DNA from: Felis catus
Lineage: Eukaryota
Assembly: GCF_018350175.1 (NCBI RefSeq)
Contig: NC_058381.1
Coordinates: 1,674,001-1,738,000, forward strand
DNA: 64,000 bases
Direction of reading: 5' to 3'
Part shown: positions 1-27,321 of the stretch, one piece after another
How the letters are laid out: every line of letters begins with the position of its first letter
How positions within the stretch are numbered: the first letter of the stretch is position 1
The notes under the pieces: generated by a model
What the model saw: only the letters and a program-made list of their open reading frames with translations
What the model was told of the DNA's origin: nothing
The model's database searches: none
Program-made: the position numbers and the translations under genes

Positions 1-15985
<15,985 letters not shown>

Positions 15986-16261
15986 GGCTCCAGATACTCT
16001 CACCCTCCTCAGCTGGAGGACAGAGAAGGAAAAGGTGGTCAGAGCCGCTGGGGGGGACCCAGACATCTGTGACCCGTCTTCTCCTAGGAACCAGTCTCTC
16101 CACCCACTTCCCCAGCTCCCCAGCACCCCCGAGGACCTAGTTCCTAGTCTCTGGCCCTCCTCCCCAATGTCACTCTCCTCAGGGGCTCCCGAAGGTGTTC
16201 CTGCCTCTCTCCCCTGCCATATCCCAGCTCGCAGGGACCTGGGCCGTCATCCAAGAGTTAC

Positions 16262-16382
16262 CTGGTGTCCCGGCCCCAGACCAGGGGGGCTGTATCAGCT
16301 CTGGCTCCCACCGGCCCTCGTAGGGGAAGCCCCATCCTATACTTGGGGCCTGGCCACACCAGCTGGGGCTGTGGGGGAAACC
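16262..16382 (-). other. KIF1C: KIF1C 5'UTR exon (non-coding exon 2)
   Basis: Acceptor aaccag| at 16383 and donor CAG|gtaac at 16261. It lies between the CpG-island first exon and the ATG exon, whose acceptor ctccag| is at 16013. Confidence 0.6.
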
Positions 16383-17549
16383 CTGGTTGTGGGGGAAGAG
16401 TGGTTAGGAGCTATGTCTGTGGCTCCAGAGGTGTGTCAGGGGCTCCACGGCCGGAGGTCAGGGGCAGGGGGTCACGTTAGGAAAGGTAAGGACGATGTCC
16501 CGCCGCAGTGGCTGAATGCAATGTGAATCCAAGGGCAGGGACCGTGATATTTTTATTCCTCGTCAGTCACAAGTGTACTGAACGTCCAGACAGAGGAGAG
16601 AGAGAGAGAGGGGCTGGACAGAGGGTGGTTCAGAGAGAGGGACACATAGGCAGAGACACCGAAGGCGGCAGGAAGAGGGGCAGAGAAATGGCACAAAGTC
16701 ACAGACACCAAGAAAAGGAGAGATAGGAGAGAGGAAACCAGATCCAGGTCATGCTACGAAAGAAATAATGGAAGGGGCCACAGAAGAAACACAGAAATGT
16801 GAGACAGGGAGGGGAGGTCTGGGGCAAAAGCACAAAGTGGGAGCCCAGAAGAGACAAGAAGGAAAACCCCAAAGATAAAAGTTGCCCTGAAATTCCCCCA
16901 CAGGGTCAGCCAAGAAGTAGAAACCAGCTCCCACCTAGAGCCCACAAGCTCCACATAGGCAGGAATTGCCACTGGGCAAAGTCCAAGGGCTGGAGGTAGA
17001 GCCCAGGACTGGGATCCACAGGACCGGCCAGGGGGCCCCAAACCCCTCGCCCAGCCCCCCAGCACTTCCTCCTCAGGATCCAGGACAATGGGCAGGGGAG
17101 GGTGGGGTCATCCTGTATCCATCACACCAACGCCCCGGGGCTCTTCTGTTGGGGGACCCCGGTGAAATACCTGCGTGTTTATTGGGGGGAGGAAGAAGGG
17201 CTGGGGTCTCCCCCAAGAGGAAACAGGTATGTCCGGGCCCCAGCCTGGGGCTAGCGCTATGGCGTCCACCGCCCTGGGGAAGGTGCCAGGCTGGAGCCCA
17301 GGAATGTGGGTGACCTAGTGCTCACACCCTGGGAGGAGAGGCTGAGCAGCCCACGCCCACGGGCAGGAGGGTGGAGGGTTGTGAAGCCGGGCCGGGATGC
17401 TGGGGCCCCGAACCCCTGTCCTGCTGGGCCTCACCTCCCGCAGCCCTTCCTGGGCAGGGCATGGGAAAGGGGGAGAGGGCCGGTCTGCCCCAGGACAGGA
17501 AGGGAGTAGCTCAAATCACAGAGGCTGTCTCAGGAAGCGCAACCCTGAC

Positions 17550-19520
17550 CCCCTAGACCCTGAGCCGGGCAGGGAAGGGGCGACGACAGGGAACCGCCAC
17601 GGCCGCGCCGTCGCGGCGGATGGGGCAAGGCTGCGGGTGGGCGCGGGCTCGGGGCCCCGCCGGGGCACCTGCGCCTCGCCCCGCCCGGCCATCCCCTCGC
17701 AGGGCCCCGTCCCGGCCTGTCGGCGCGGCCACGCGGACCCGGCGCTCCCGGCCCGCCGCCCGACGGCCGCCCCGGGCCTGGCACCTCTCTGCGCCTCCGC
17801 GGGACAAACAGCACATGACCGCGGCTCTCGCGGCCGGCCGGGGACCCCGGCTCCCCGCCCCCAGGCCGGCACATTCCACGGCGGGCGTCCCCTCCCTCCC
17901 TGCCCGCCCCCCCCTCCCCCCGGCTCTCACCTCGTCGCCGCGGGGCTCCCGGAGCGGCTCGGCGGGGAGCACGGGGGCGACCTTCCCGGGACGCGGGAGG
18001 CGGCGGCGGGCAGGTCCGGAGCGGGCTCCGGGCGGCCCCCGCCCCTCGCCGGGGGCCCGGGCGGCGGGCGACGGACTCGCGCCCCGGGGGCGGCGGCAGC
18101 AGGAGCGGCAGCGGCGGCGCCAGCGGCCGGCGCCCGCCCGGGCAGCGCGAGCTGGGGCGGGAGCGAGGGGCGGGGGACCGGCGGGCGCGCGCACGCGAGC
18201 GGGCGCGCGCGCCGTCCCGACACCGGCCCGGGAGCGCCCTGGACTGCGGTTAAAGGGGCGATGCCCTCCGGACTGTGGGGCCCACCGGGCGCGGACAGGG
18301 AACCGAGCTGCGGACGCAGAGAGGCACGCAGGACACCGGCCCTCGGGAGGGTTACGGCGCCGGAGGAGCCGGGCCGGGGACAGGAGGGGGGGTGGGGGCG
18401 GGTCCTGGAGGGGACCCAGGCCCCGGACCCGCGCACGTCGCCGCCGTCGGAGGCGCGCCCAGGGGCGGGGCCGCCCGTCGCGCCCCGCCCAGGGGTGGTC
18501 CCCGCCCAGGCTCCGCCCCCGGCCGCGCGCGGCGCGCAGGCTCCGCCCCTGACTCCAGTCAGCGACGCCCTCTCTCTCTGCCGCGCGCCCTCCCCGGCGT
18601 TCTAGAAAGCCGCCGCGCCGCCGCCACCTCAGGTGCCGGGGCCGAGCGCGGGGGCGGCGCTGTCCTGTCCCTGCCCGGCCGGCCGCCGCCTCAGTCTGGG
18701 TGCCGTCTCGGGCCCGGCCCCCCGCCCCCAGGCCTCGGACTGCCCCCCAGGCCGGGCCTCCGCCTCACGCGGTGATGCCCTCAGGCCGGCGGCGCCTCCC
18801 CCGCTCCCCGAGCCCGGCGCTACCCCTCGGCCCACCTGCCAGGGTCCCCCCAAACCCACCCCCAACGGTCCCGCCCCCTTCCGCCCTCTGAGGCCTGGGT
18901 GGCCCCCTGCGACCCGGCCCACCTGCCAGGGGACCCCGCCCCGGGGCCAGACCCGCCCCCTTACCCCCACCCCCCACCCCCGGGCTCCCCCCCGATCCGC
19001 TGTTGAGTACCGTGTGGCTTCCTTGAGCTGCACCCCGCCCAGGAGAGCGACGGCCCCGCTTAGACCCCCCCCCCCCCGCCCTGGGCGCGCCCCTCCCCGC
19101 GTTGGCCCCGGACGCCCCGTTCGGACCCCTGCCGGCTCTCCTGCCTCATCACGCAGCCTTGCTCGCTCTGTCTGCGCGGCCCGAGCGGCCGGCAGGTCAT
19201 CGGCGGCTGCCCCTGATCCTCGGTTCGCCCTCCTTCCCCGTGGACACCCCCAGCTGCGCCAAGCGACCGCTCCGTCCCCACGTGGCGTCCATGAACCCCC
19301 TCGTACCCGATTTCCCTGCCTGCCTGCCCCCGCCCAGACCCCCAGACGCCTGTGCCCCATCCGTGGTCTCCCCCTGCCCGCCCTCGTTCCATGTTGCCGT
19401 GTGTCCGTCCCACTTAGTCTGCACAGAAGGAATCTCCCCGGTCTTCGGCCGCGCCCGCCTTCCCCGCGCTCACCGCCTGTAGCCCGTACGCGCGTGCGTT
19501 CAGCTCCTAGAAACGTCCGG
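17550..19520. promoter_or_regulatory. CpG island / divergent KIF1C-INCA1 promoter region
   Basis: Very high GC and CpG density with many GGGCGG boxes, between the KIF1C 5' end (-) and the INCA1 5' end (+). Confidence 0.8.
17931..18150 (-). other. KIF1C: KIF1C first (non-coding) exon; 5' end approximate
   Basis: Strong donor GAG|gtgaga at 17930 inside the CpG island. Confidence 0.55.
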
Positions 19521-19662
19521 CTCTTAGGAAAAACCCCCGAAGCGCGCTCTCTCTTTCCTTTTCCCGGACCCACGCGGCCCCTTTGCGATCTCTGCATCTT
19601 CGGCTGGTCTCGTCCCTGTTGCATGAGTGAGTGATTCATCCTCCGTTTTCCTCCCAGCGCCA

Positions 19663-22378
19663 ATGAGGAGACTCGGTCCAGCCGCCCAGCCCAGGCCAGT
19701 GGTGCAGGGAGAGGACGGTGCAGACGACCTCATCCCTTTCGCCAAGTGAGTCCTCCCCACCCGGCGGGGATGGGGTGGAGACGCCTGGCTTCTTCCCGGA
19801 GAGTCGATCGCAAAGGAGGCATGGGAGGCTCAATGGCCGGTCTCGGGGGATGAAGGATTTGTGAACTTGTTCGACAAACGGTTTTTTGTTTTTGTTTTTT
19901 GATTTTTAAATGTTTATTTTTCAGAGCTAGGGAGAGAGAGACAGACAGACATCGTGAGTGGGGGAGGGGCAGAGAGAGGGAGACCCAGAATCGGAAGCAG
20001 GCTCCAGGCTCTGAGCTGTCCGCACAGAGCCCGACGCGGGGCTTGAACTCAGGAACCCTTGAGATCATGACCTGAGCCGAAGTCGGACACTTAACCGACT
20101 GAGCCACCCAGGCGCACCCCCCTTTTTTTTTTTTTTAATTTTTTAAGTTTGTTTTTTTTTTTTTTTCTCTTTAAACTCAGCACTGTATTAAGCACCAGGG
20201 ATTCAGCAGCTAGAAAGATCAGGGGTTTTGATCTGAGGTTCCCGAGCAAGGAGACAGAACGTCTGAACATGAACATAATTTCAATTAGCGATAAGTATCA
20301 TAAAAAAAATAAAATAGGAAGAGGACATAACAGGAAGTAGAGTGTCTTGGAGACACGAGTTTAGATAGGGTGATTGTGGGAAGGTGAGTTTGAATCGAAA
20401 TCTGAAAAATGAGAAGCAACCAGGCTGATAATAGCCCCGGGGTTGGGGGGGGGGAGAAGAAGGAATAGTAGGGGTGAGGGGTTGGGGGGGAAGCCACAAG
20501 AAAGAAAGAAGTTTGGTATCATCTGCAACCAGGAAGCAGGCCAGTGTCACGGAAACTTAGTGATCAAGGGAAGAGTAGACAGCCAAGTCAGACGGTCAGG
20601 CAGAGGCCAGCTCATACAGGACCTCATAGGCCATTGAAAAAGAGGCCTGAGGACAGTAGAAATCACTGGAAGGTTTTAAGCAGGGAAATGACAAGTAGAC
20701 TTTTTCTAAGTTTATTTTTTATTTAAAATGTTTAATGTTTATTTTTGAGACAGAGTGTGAGCAGGGGAGGGGCAGAGAGGGAGGGAGACGCAGAATCCCA
20801 CGCAGGCTCCAGGCTCTGAGCTGTCAGCATGGAGCCCGATGCGGGGCTCGAACTCACAGACTAGGAGATCATGACCTGAGCTGAAGTCAGACGCCCAACT
20901 GACTGAGCCACCCAGGCGCCCCTATTTATTTCTGAGAGAGAAGAGAATGTGGGGAAGGGGCAGAGAGAGAGAGAGGGAGAGACAGCATCCCAAGCAGGCA
21001 CCAGCTGTCAGCACAGAGCCCAATGCGGGACTCGATCCCATGACCATGAGATCATGACCTCAGCAGAGATCAAGACTTGGATGCTTAACCAACTGAGCCA
21101 CCCAGGCACCCCGTCCAACTTTTTTCAAATCCATTTACGTAAGCTCTACACCTAACATGGGGCTTGAACTCATGGCCCTGAGACCAAGAATCGCATGCTC
21201 CCCCACCTGAGCCAGCCAGGTGCCCCTCTTTGACTTTTTTATCATGGAAATTTTCAAATAAATACAGAGGTTAGAAAAAACAATCATCATGAGGCCAGTG
21301 TACCCTTTTCAGTCTGGTCAGTAATTATAATTACATTGAATATAATTTTATCTATATAACCATCCAGCCTCCTCCTCCTCAGATTATTTTGAAGTAGATC
21401 TCAAAGTGTATATTATTTCAGAGGACCACTTTTAAAAGATTACTCACACTGCTCTGGGCAGAATAGATTACTAGGGGATTAGAATGGGGAAGCAGGGAGA
21501 GGAGGAGGAGTCCATTGAATAGGCCAGGCAGGGAAAGACGTGCTGGAATATGGTGGTGGAGGTGGAAATGGTGAGGAGTGGTCAAATAGGGTATATTAGA
21601 TTTTTTATTTTTTCTAATTTAAGTGAAACTTTAAAAAGTAAAAAGCAATTTTAATGTTATATCATTCATTTTTTGCAAGACAGAGAGGGAGACACAAAAT
21701 CTGAAGCTGGCTACAGGCTCCGAGCTGTCAGCACACAGCCCGACTCAGGGGCTCGAACTCACAGATCGTGAGATCATGACCTGAACCGAAGTCGGGCACC
21801 CAATCCACTGAGCCACCCTGGCGCCCCTAAATTTTTTTTAATATTTATTTTGAGAGAGAGAGAGAGAGAGAGCTTATGAGTGGGGTAAGGGCAGAGAGAG
21901 AGAAAGAGAGAGAATCCCAAGCAGGCTCCATGCTGTCAGCACAGAACCGGACATGGGGCTTGAACTCACAAACTGCAAGATGGTGAGCTGAGCTGAAATC
22001 AGGAGTCGACGCTTAACCAACTGAAGCACCCAGGCACCCTTTAAATTGTTTAGTTTTAAGTAAGTTCCACTACCAACGTGGGACTTGAACTCAAGACCCT
22101 GAGATCAAGAGCTCTACTGACTGAGACCGTTTTTATTTATTTGTTTATTTACTTATTTATTTATTTACTTATTTATTTTGAGAGAGAGAGAGTGAGTGAG
22201 CACAGTGGAGGAGCAGAGAGAAAGAATCCCAAGCAGGGCTCGAACTCACAAACCATGAGATCATGATCTGAGCTGAAATTGAGTCAGATGCTTAACCAAT
22301 TGAGCCATTCAGATGCCCCAAATTTAAGTGAAATCTTTTTTCAAAGTAAACAACTATATATATATGTATGTGTGTGTG

Positions 22379-22445
<67 letters not shown>

Positions 22446-25400
22446 ATACATGAGGCCTGGACAGCCATGTGGCCTCAGGCATATGTATACACATGTATAT
22501 ATAGGAAGGGTATATACATGTATATATATATACACATATTTTTTAAAATTACTTTTTATTGTTTCTTTTAATTTAATTACACATTTGTTACATACACTGT
22601 GGTCTTGGCTTCAGGAGTAGAGCCCAGGGATTCTCTCTCACATAGGACACCCAGTGCTCATCCCAACAAGTGCCCTCCTCAATGCCCATCATTCATTTTC
22701 CCCACACCCATCAACCGTCGGTTTGTTCTCTGTATTTAAGAGTCTCTTATGGTTTGCCTCCCTCTCTGTTTTTATTTTATTTTTTCCTTCCCTTCCCCTA
22801 TGTTCACCTGTTGTGTTTCTTAAATTCCACACGAGGGAAATCATGATATCTGTCTTTCTGTGATGGACTTATTTCACGTAGCGTAATACACTCCAGTTCC
22901 ATCCACGTTGATGCATTAAGATTTTATTTTTAAGTGATCGCTGCACCCAACGTGGGGCTCAAACTCACAACCCCAAGATCAAGAGTCACGTGCTCTTCCG
23001 ACTGAGCCTGCTGGGCGCCCCAAATCTGGGTGTATCTGTGATGTAGAACTGACACGAATTCCCGATGGACTGGACATGAAAATTGAGGGAAACGGAGGCA
23101 TACCAGCTTTTGGGCCTTAGCAACTGGGCATTGGGGGTGCCTTTCCGTGAGGTGGGGGGGGGCTCTGGAGGAGAGGTTGAGGGGGTGGTTGAACTTGCAA
23201 GTCTGGAGTCCAGGGGAAAAGCCGGGGCTGCAGATACGGATTTGTGAGTCGTTAGCACATTGGTGGTATTTACAGGCATGGGCTGGGCTGAGGTCAGGTA
23301 AGGAGGCGTGGAGATGAGGAGATAAGGGCCCAGGCCAAGCCCCAGGACACTGAGAGGAGTCAGCATCCAGTCTGGGGACTCTGGAAGTGCTGAGCACTGG
23401 TCACCACCAGCTCTGCACACCCCTGCTTCCTAGAAGATTAGTCTCTCTGAGGTACAGGGACACAAAGCAGGAATGAACGGAGGTTCAGCTCTGCTGGGTC
23501 CTTGTGGTGACCAAAGGGAACCTGGCTGTCACATCCCCTGAGTAGCTGGGGCCCTCCTCTTTAACAGCCCAGTGATGGGTTCTCTGGTCGTCTGAGATCT
23601 GGGGCTCAAGCAATTGGCAGTCTCTACCCTCGCCCCAGCTCCAGTCTCAAAGCCCTCACCATCTCCGCAGCTAAAATGGGTAAGAGAGCACATGGCCCGA
23701 GGGGGGCCGGACAGCCGTGTGGTCTCATGGAAAGACGGGACCACTGAGTCCCAGGAGCGAGCAGGTGCTGTGAGGGATGAGCCAGACCCGAGCCTACCTT
23801 GTCCTCAGGTGCTCCAGGGTGGTCAGCCGACCTGCACCACCCCGCCTGCCTTCCCAGAGCCTCACGCTGATGCCCCAGCGGTATGGAGACCTCTTCTGGG
23901 AGAGCCTTAGCCAAAGGCCCAGGTGGGTAGAAACAGAGCAAAGGAGCAGGGAAGGGAAGGCCGGACAATTTTAAACTAAGCCCTGTGGCAGTGAGCCCTA
24001 GTCTGGGGACAGCTGGCCCACTGGCTGACGGACGCTGGGGCAACTACTGCCAGATAGACAGGTGGTTGGGACGGGCCGTCAGAGAAGCAATACGGATGGG
24101 GGTGTCCTCTCTGCACGTAGCTCCCCGCTTGTGCTTTACAGCCCCACCTGGACGGAAGAATGGCACATCCCTCCCTCGCCGGTAGGACAAACTCTGCCCT
24201 TTTAAGGCACTTTTGGGTTAAAACCGCACCCACCACCGTCTTATCCTCAGCCCTCCTGGTCACCTCTTCCCTGCTGCCCCCCAACCAGTGCACTGACCAC
24301 GCACCCTCCTTTCTATGCATCCGTCACCGTGTTTTCCAGATCACACCTGTGTTGTCACGATCTGGGCTCCCCAAGACCTCTGACTCCCTACTTCAGTCCA
24401 AGTTCTCCTGAGAGACCCAGTTCTGCCCTCTAGCCCCTGCCCCCACCCCATTCTCTGGCACAGAGAGCCACTGGTTGCTCCCAGCCTGGCCTGTACCCCC
24501 TTGAGAGGCTCCCACCCCCTGAGGTGCTTTGCAGAAGAAAGAGAAGGAGGCCACATTTGGCGGGAATGCAGCAGGGACCTGCGGGCATCCCAGCCCAGGT
24601 GAGGGCTGTCACTTATCACCTGGAGGATCTAAGGAGGCGACAGAGAATCATCAATGAGTAAGGAGGGACATCTGGGCAGAGTCTGGGGACAGGAGGGTCT
24701 GAACTAAGGAAGGGGGTGGGGGCTTTGAAGGAAGTGGCGGCTGTATGGGAAGAAGGCCCGGACTTGGTGCAGAAGGTCCCCCGTGTGGAGGGGAGGAGGG
24801 AGCTGAGCACGCAGCCTGAGCCTCGGGAGCTGGACAAGGTGGAAACTGGGTCACCGAGGCAGGAAAGCAGTCCACAGAGCTGGAGGACAGTGGGCAGCCA
24901 GAGGCCTCCTCTGAGTCCCTGGACTGAGGGTGCTTCCGCCCAGGGCAGCAGGGACTGGGGGCGGGGGGGGGGGGGGCGGTGCAGAGGGTTGGGAGCGAAG
25001 CCATAACACCACTGGGTCCCAGCAGGAAGTATTTCGGGGCAGAAAGGTGAAGCCTGGAGGGGCAGAAAGCTTGGCCTTCAGGCGCCGCGTTCCTAAGCCT
25101 CCGGTCCCCACAGACTGAAGAAGCCTCAGTGGGACGTCTCGGGGGCCGCACCTGAGCCCCTGGCACCTGCCACTGCCGGCTGCGGAGTCCCCAGCGCCAC
25201 CGAGTACCCGGGTCTGGAAGAGGCGAGGGCTACCTATCCACAGGAGGAGGGCCACCCTCTCACCACTGGCAGGACCCAGGTCTGGCCGGAGGAGCTAGGC
25301 GGAGTGCTGGAGGGTGACGGGGATGGACGCCCAGGGCCCGTTTGGGTGGCTGAACAGGAGACGCACAAACGCGGGCAGGGAGAGGCGAAGGGGGCGGGGG

Positions 25401-25902
25401 CGCTAGGACACCTGGAGAGACCTCCTTTCCCGTTCTTCCGTTCCTTTCCTAACTTCTCTCATCCTTACAGCTGCTCTGGTCCCCCTGGAGCCCCCTGGGC
25501 CTAGGGGGGGTCTGGTGTCCCCAGACGACTGGGCTCTCTGGCCTCCTACAGCGCTGTCCCAGCGGGCAGGAACCGCCTCCGCTCCCCCTGGGGCATGGAG
25601 GTGCAGTCTGCGGAGTAAGGAGGAACCCCCAGGCCCTAGGTGTCCGCGCGCTGCCTGGTGGGGGGAGGGGGCGGGCAGGCTCGCCGGCAGACCTGGAGCT
25701 TCCCCCTTGTGACGCCGAGGCCTTTCCCTTCCGCAGCCTCTCCCAGCGACCTCCCCGCGCTCGGCACTGGGCGCTAACAGCCCCCTTGGCCGCCCGTGTC
25801 AAGCCATCCCCCAGGGCTCCGCACGGCCTATCGCCCCCACCCCACCCCAACCGCCCGCCCGCGCTGGCTGGCACTGTGTTCTTTGCTCTGCTCGGGTATT
25901 AA
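19663..25902 (+). CDS. INCA1: Inhibitor of CDK, cyclin A1 interacting protein 1. Exons: 19663-19745, 23809-23922, 24142-24181, 24464-24657, 25114-25279, 25471-25902 as read (the orthologous-frame stop is at 25616-25618; apparent +1 frameshift in G7 at 25504-25510)
   Basis: Spliced translation [36 protein letters not shown]-...[22 protein letters not shown]...-LLWSPWSPL matches my recollection of INCA1. All junctions are GT-AG and phase-consistent. Syntenic position between KIF1C and CAMTA2. Confidence 0.88.
19881..20120 (-). mobile_element. SINEC_Fc-like CAN-SINE
   Basis: Reverse-complement SINEC consensus (CATGACCTGAGCCGAAGTCGGACACTTAACCGACTGAGCCACCCAGGCGC) with poly-T. Confidence 0.92.
20700..21226 (-). 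mobile_element. Three stacked CAN-SINEs (~20700-20922, 20923-21111, 21118-21226)
   Basis: Three successive ...GAGCCA(C/G)CCAGG(C/T)(G/A)CCCC heads on the - strand. Confidence 0.88.
21629..22320 (-). mobile_element. Four stacked CAN-SINEs (~21640-21827, 21830-22040, 22045-22127, 22130-22320) within one TSD AATTTAAGTGAAA
   Basis: Repeated SINEC bodies; direct repeat at 21616-21628 and 22321-22333. Confidence 0.88.
22356..22535. repeat. (TA)n/(TG)n microsatellite complex
   Basis: Long TA run at 22380-22441 plus degenerate TA/CA repeats. Confidence 0.95.
22545..22912 (-). mobile_element. 5'-truncated carnivore LINE-1 3' end
   Basis: CACCCAGTGCTCATCCCAACAAGTGCCCTCCTCAATGCCCATC, GTATTTAAGAGTCTCTTATGGTTTG and CCAGTTCCATCCACGTTG are typical of carnivore L1 3'UTR/ORF2 ends. 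Confidence 0.85.
22921..23021 (-). mobile_element. Short tRNA-derived CAN-SINE
   Basis: CCCAACGTGGGGCTCAAACTCACAACCCCAAGATCAAGAGTCACGTGCTC...GGGCGCCCC. Confidence 0.8.
23030..23355. mobile_element. Ancient L2 fragment (continuing pieces at ~20500-20700 and ~21425-21600, split by younger insertions)
   Basis: L2-like purine-rich segments (TTGGGCCTTAGCAACTGGG, GTCTGGAGTCCAGGGGA...AGATACGGATTTGTGAGTC). Confidence 0.5.
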
Positions 25903-25903
25903 A
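25898..25903 (+). terminator. INCA1 polyadenylation signal ATTAAA
   Basis: ATTAAA downstream of the last exon, followed by GT-rich sequence. Confidence 0.65.
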
Positions 25904-25949
25904 AAGCAAGCGCGTTGAGCCCGAAGTGTCTTTCTGCTCGTGGAGCAGT

Positions 25950-26800
25950 GATGGCGAGGCTGGCGCGCACGGAGGGCTGCGTCACCTCGAGGACCCGGCT
26001 AAGATGAAGTCGGGCTGAACCCCCCGAACTCGAAGAGTCCCGCCGAGCCCCGCTCTTCCAGCCCCGGGGCGGCCCGCGCCCCGCTCTCTCGGCCCGGGCT
26101 CGGACCGCACTTCCGCCCCCCGGAACCCCAGAAGTCTGCCCCCCAAGTCCGGCCTCCGGACCCCCGCCCCGCTCCCCGCGCCGCCAGGGCTTCCCCGCCT
26201 CCCCCCACCACGTCCCCTTAACTGCGAGGCCCCGCCCCGTGCGCAGTGACGTCGGACGCCGCTGTCAGCGGGCGCCGGGGGGGGGGTCGGTGTGGGGGAG
26301 AATGGCCGCTGCCGCCGTCACCCGCGGGACCCCGGGAGGTAAGAGCCGGGGCCTCGCGCCCGCCTCTCCGCCCCCGCGCCAGGGGGCGCCGCTCCCGGGC
26401 CCGCACGCCGCTCCGCCTGGCTCGCCCCTGCGCCGGCCCCCGTCCTCCTTCCCGCGCCAGGGGGCGCCGCTCCGCGCAGGGCCCCGCGGCGGACCCCGCG
26501 CCCCGGCCCCCGCCCCGGCCCCCGCCGCCCCGCGCCCGCCGGGCTCTGTCCCGCGGCGTCCCCGGGGCACCCCTGCGTGAGGGCGGGAGGCGGACCCTCC
26601 CACGTCGGGGCTTCTCCGGGGACCCCCGCCCGGGGCCGCTCCGCACCCTGGCAGGCTGCCTGGCCCGGACTGCGCACCTGCGCCCTGGGGCGGAGTCCTT
26701 ACCCAGACCCGGCTGCCCGGAGCTCTGCCGGCGCGGACCGACCTCCTCCCCTCTCCGCCCCAGACACCTGGCGGAGCCCGCAGCCCCGAGCCCGCGCTGA
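25950..26800 (+). promoter_or_regulatory. CAMTA2: CAMTA2 CpG-island promoter and exon 1 (donor GAG|gtaag at 26338)
   Basis: CpG-rich, with ETS (CACTTCCG), GC boxes and a CRE-like TGACGTC near 26247. Confidence 0.75.
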
Positions 26801-27289
26801 GAGCATCCTCCTGCTTCCATCTGTGCCCTCGGGAGGGTGGGGGCTCAGGCTGGAGCCCGAGTGGTAGATGGGGTACGGTGGGCCTGGAGGCCGGGGGCAG
26901 GCAGAGGCGTTTGGGGAGAGAGCTGGTGGGGGAGGGGTGGGGAGGGCCGTCGGCCTCAGAGTGGAGGATGGGTCGTCCCGAGGGAGGGAACCTGGGGTCT
27001 GGGTACCTGGCCCGGATGGATCCTCCCAGGCCCTGACCAACCTGGAGGAGAGGGCGTAGGTTAGGATCAGTCGTCAGATATGCCCTTCCCCTTGCAAATA
27101 TCAAATCGAGAAGGAACTCAGGGTGTGTCTTGTAAGGCCTAGCTCTCCAGCGGACTTAGATCTCCCGCCCTGCCCCCAGCGTCCAGGCTGTCGTCTGCCA
27201 AACCATCCTCCAAGGACCAGGTCCCCGGAGTCCCACCCCCAGGCCCTGACCCCACTGTAGCCCCAGCCTCCACAAGACACCCCCCCCCC

Positions 27290-27321
<32 letters not shown>

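Noticed and set aside
17397-19663. Long overlapping ORFs (402, 310, 344, 333 aa) on both strands
   Set aside because: Stop-poor CpG-island sequence giving low-complexity Ala/Gly/Pro/Arg translations with no recognisable domain.
22279-22620. ORFs with YI repeats
   Set aside because: Translation of a (TA)n microsatellite and a SINE.
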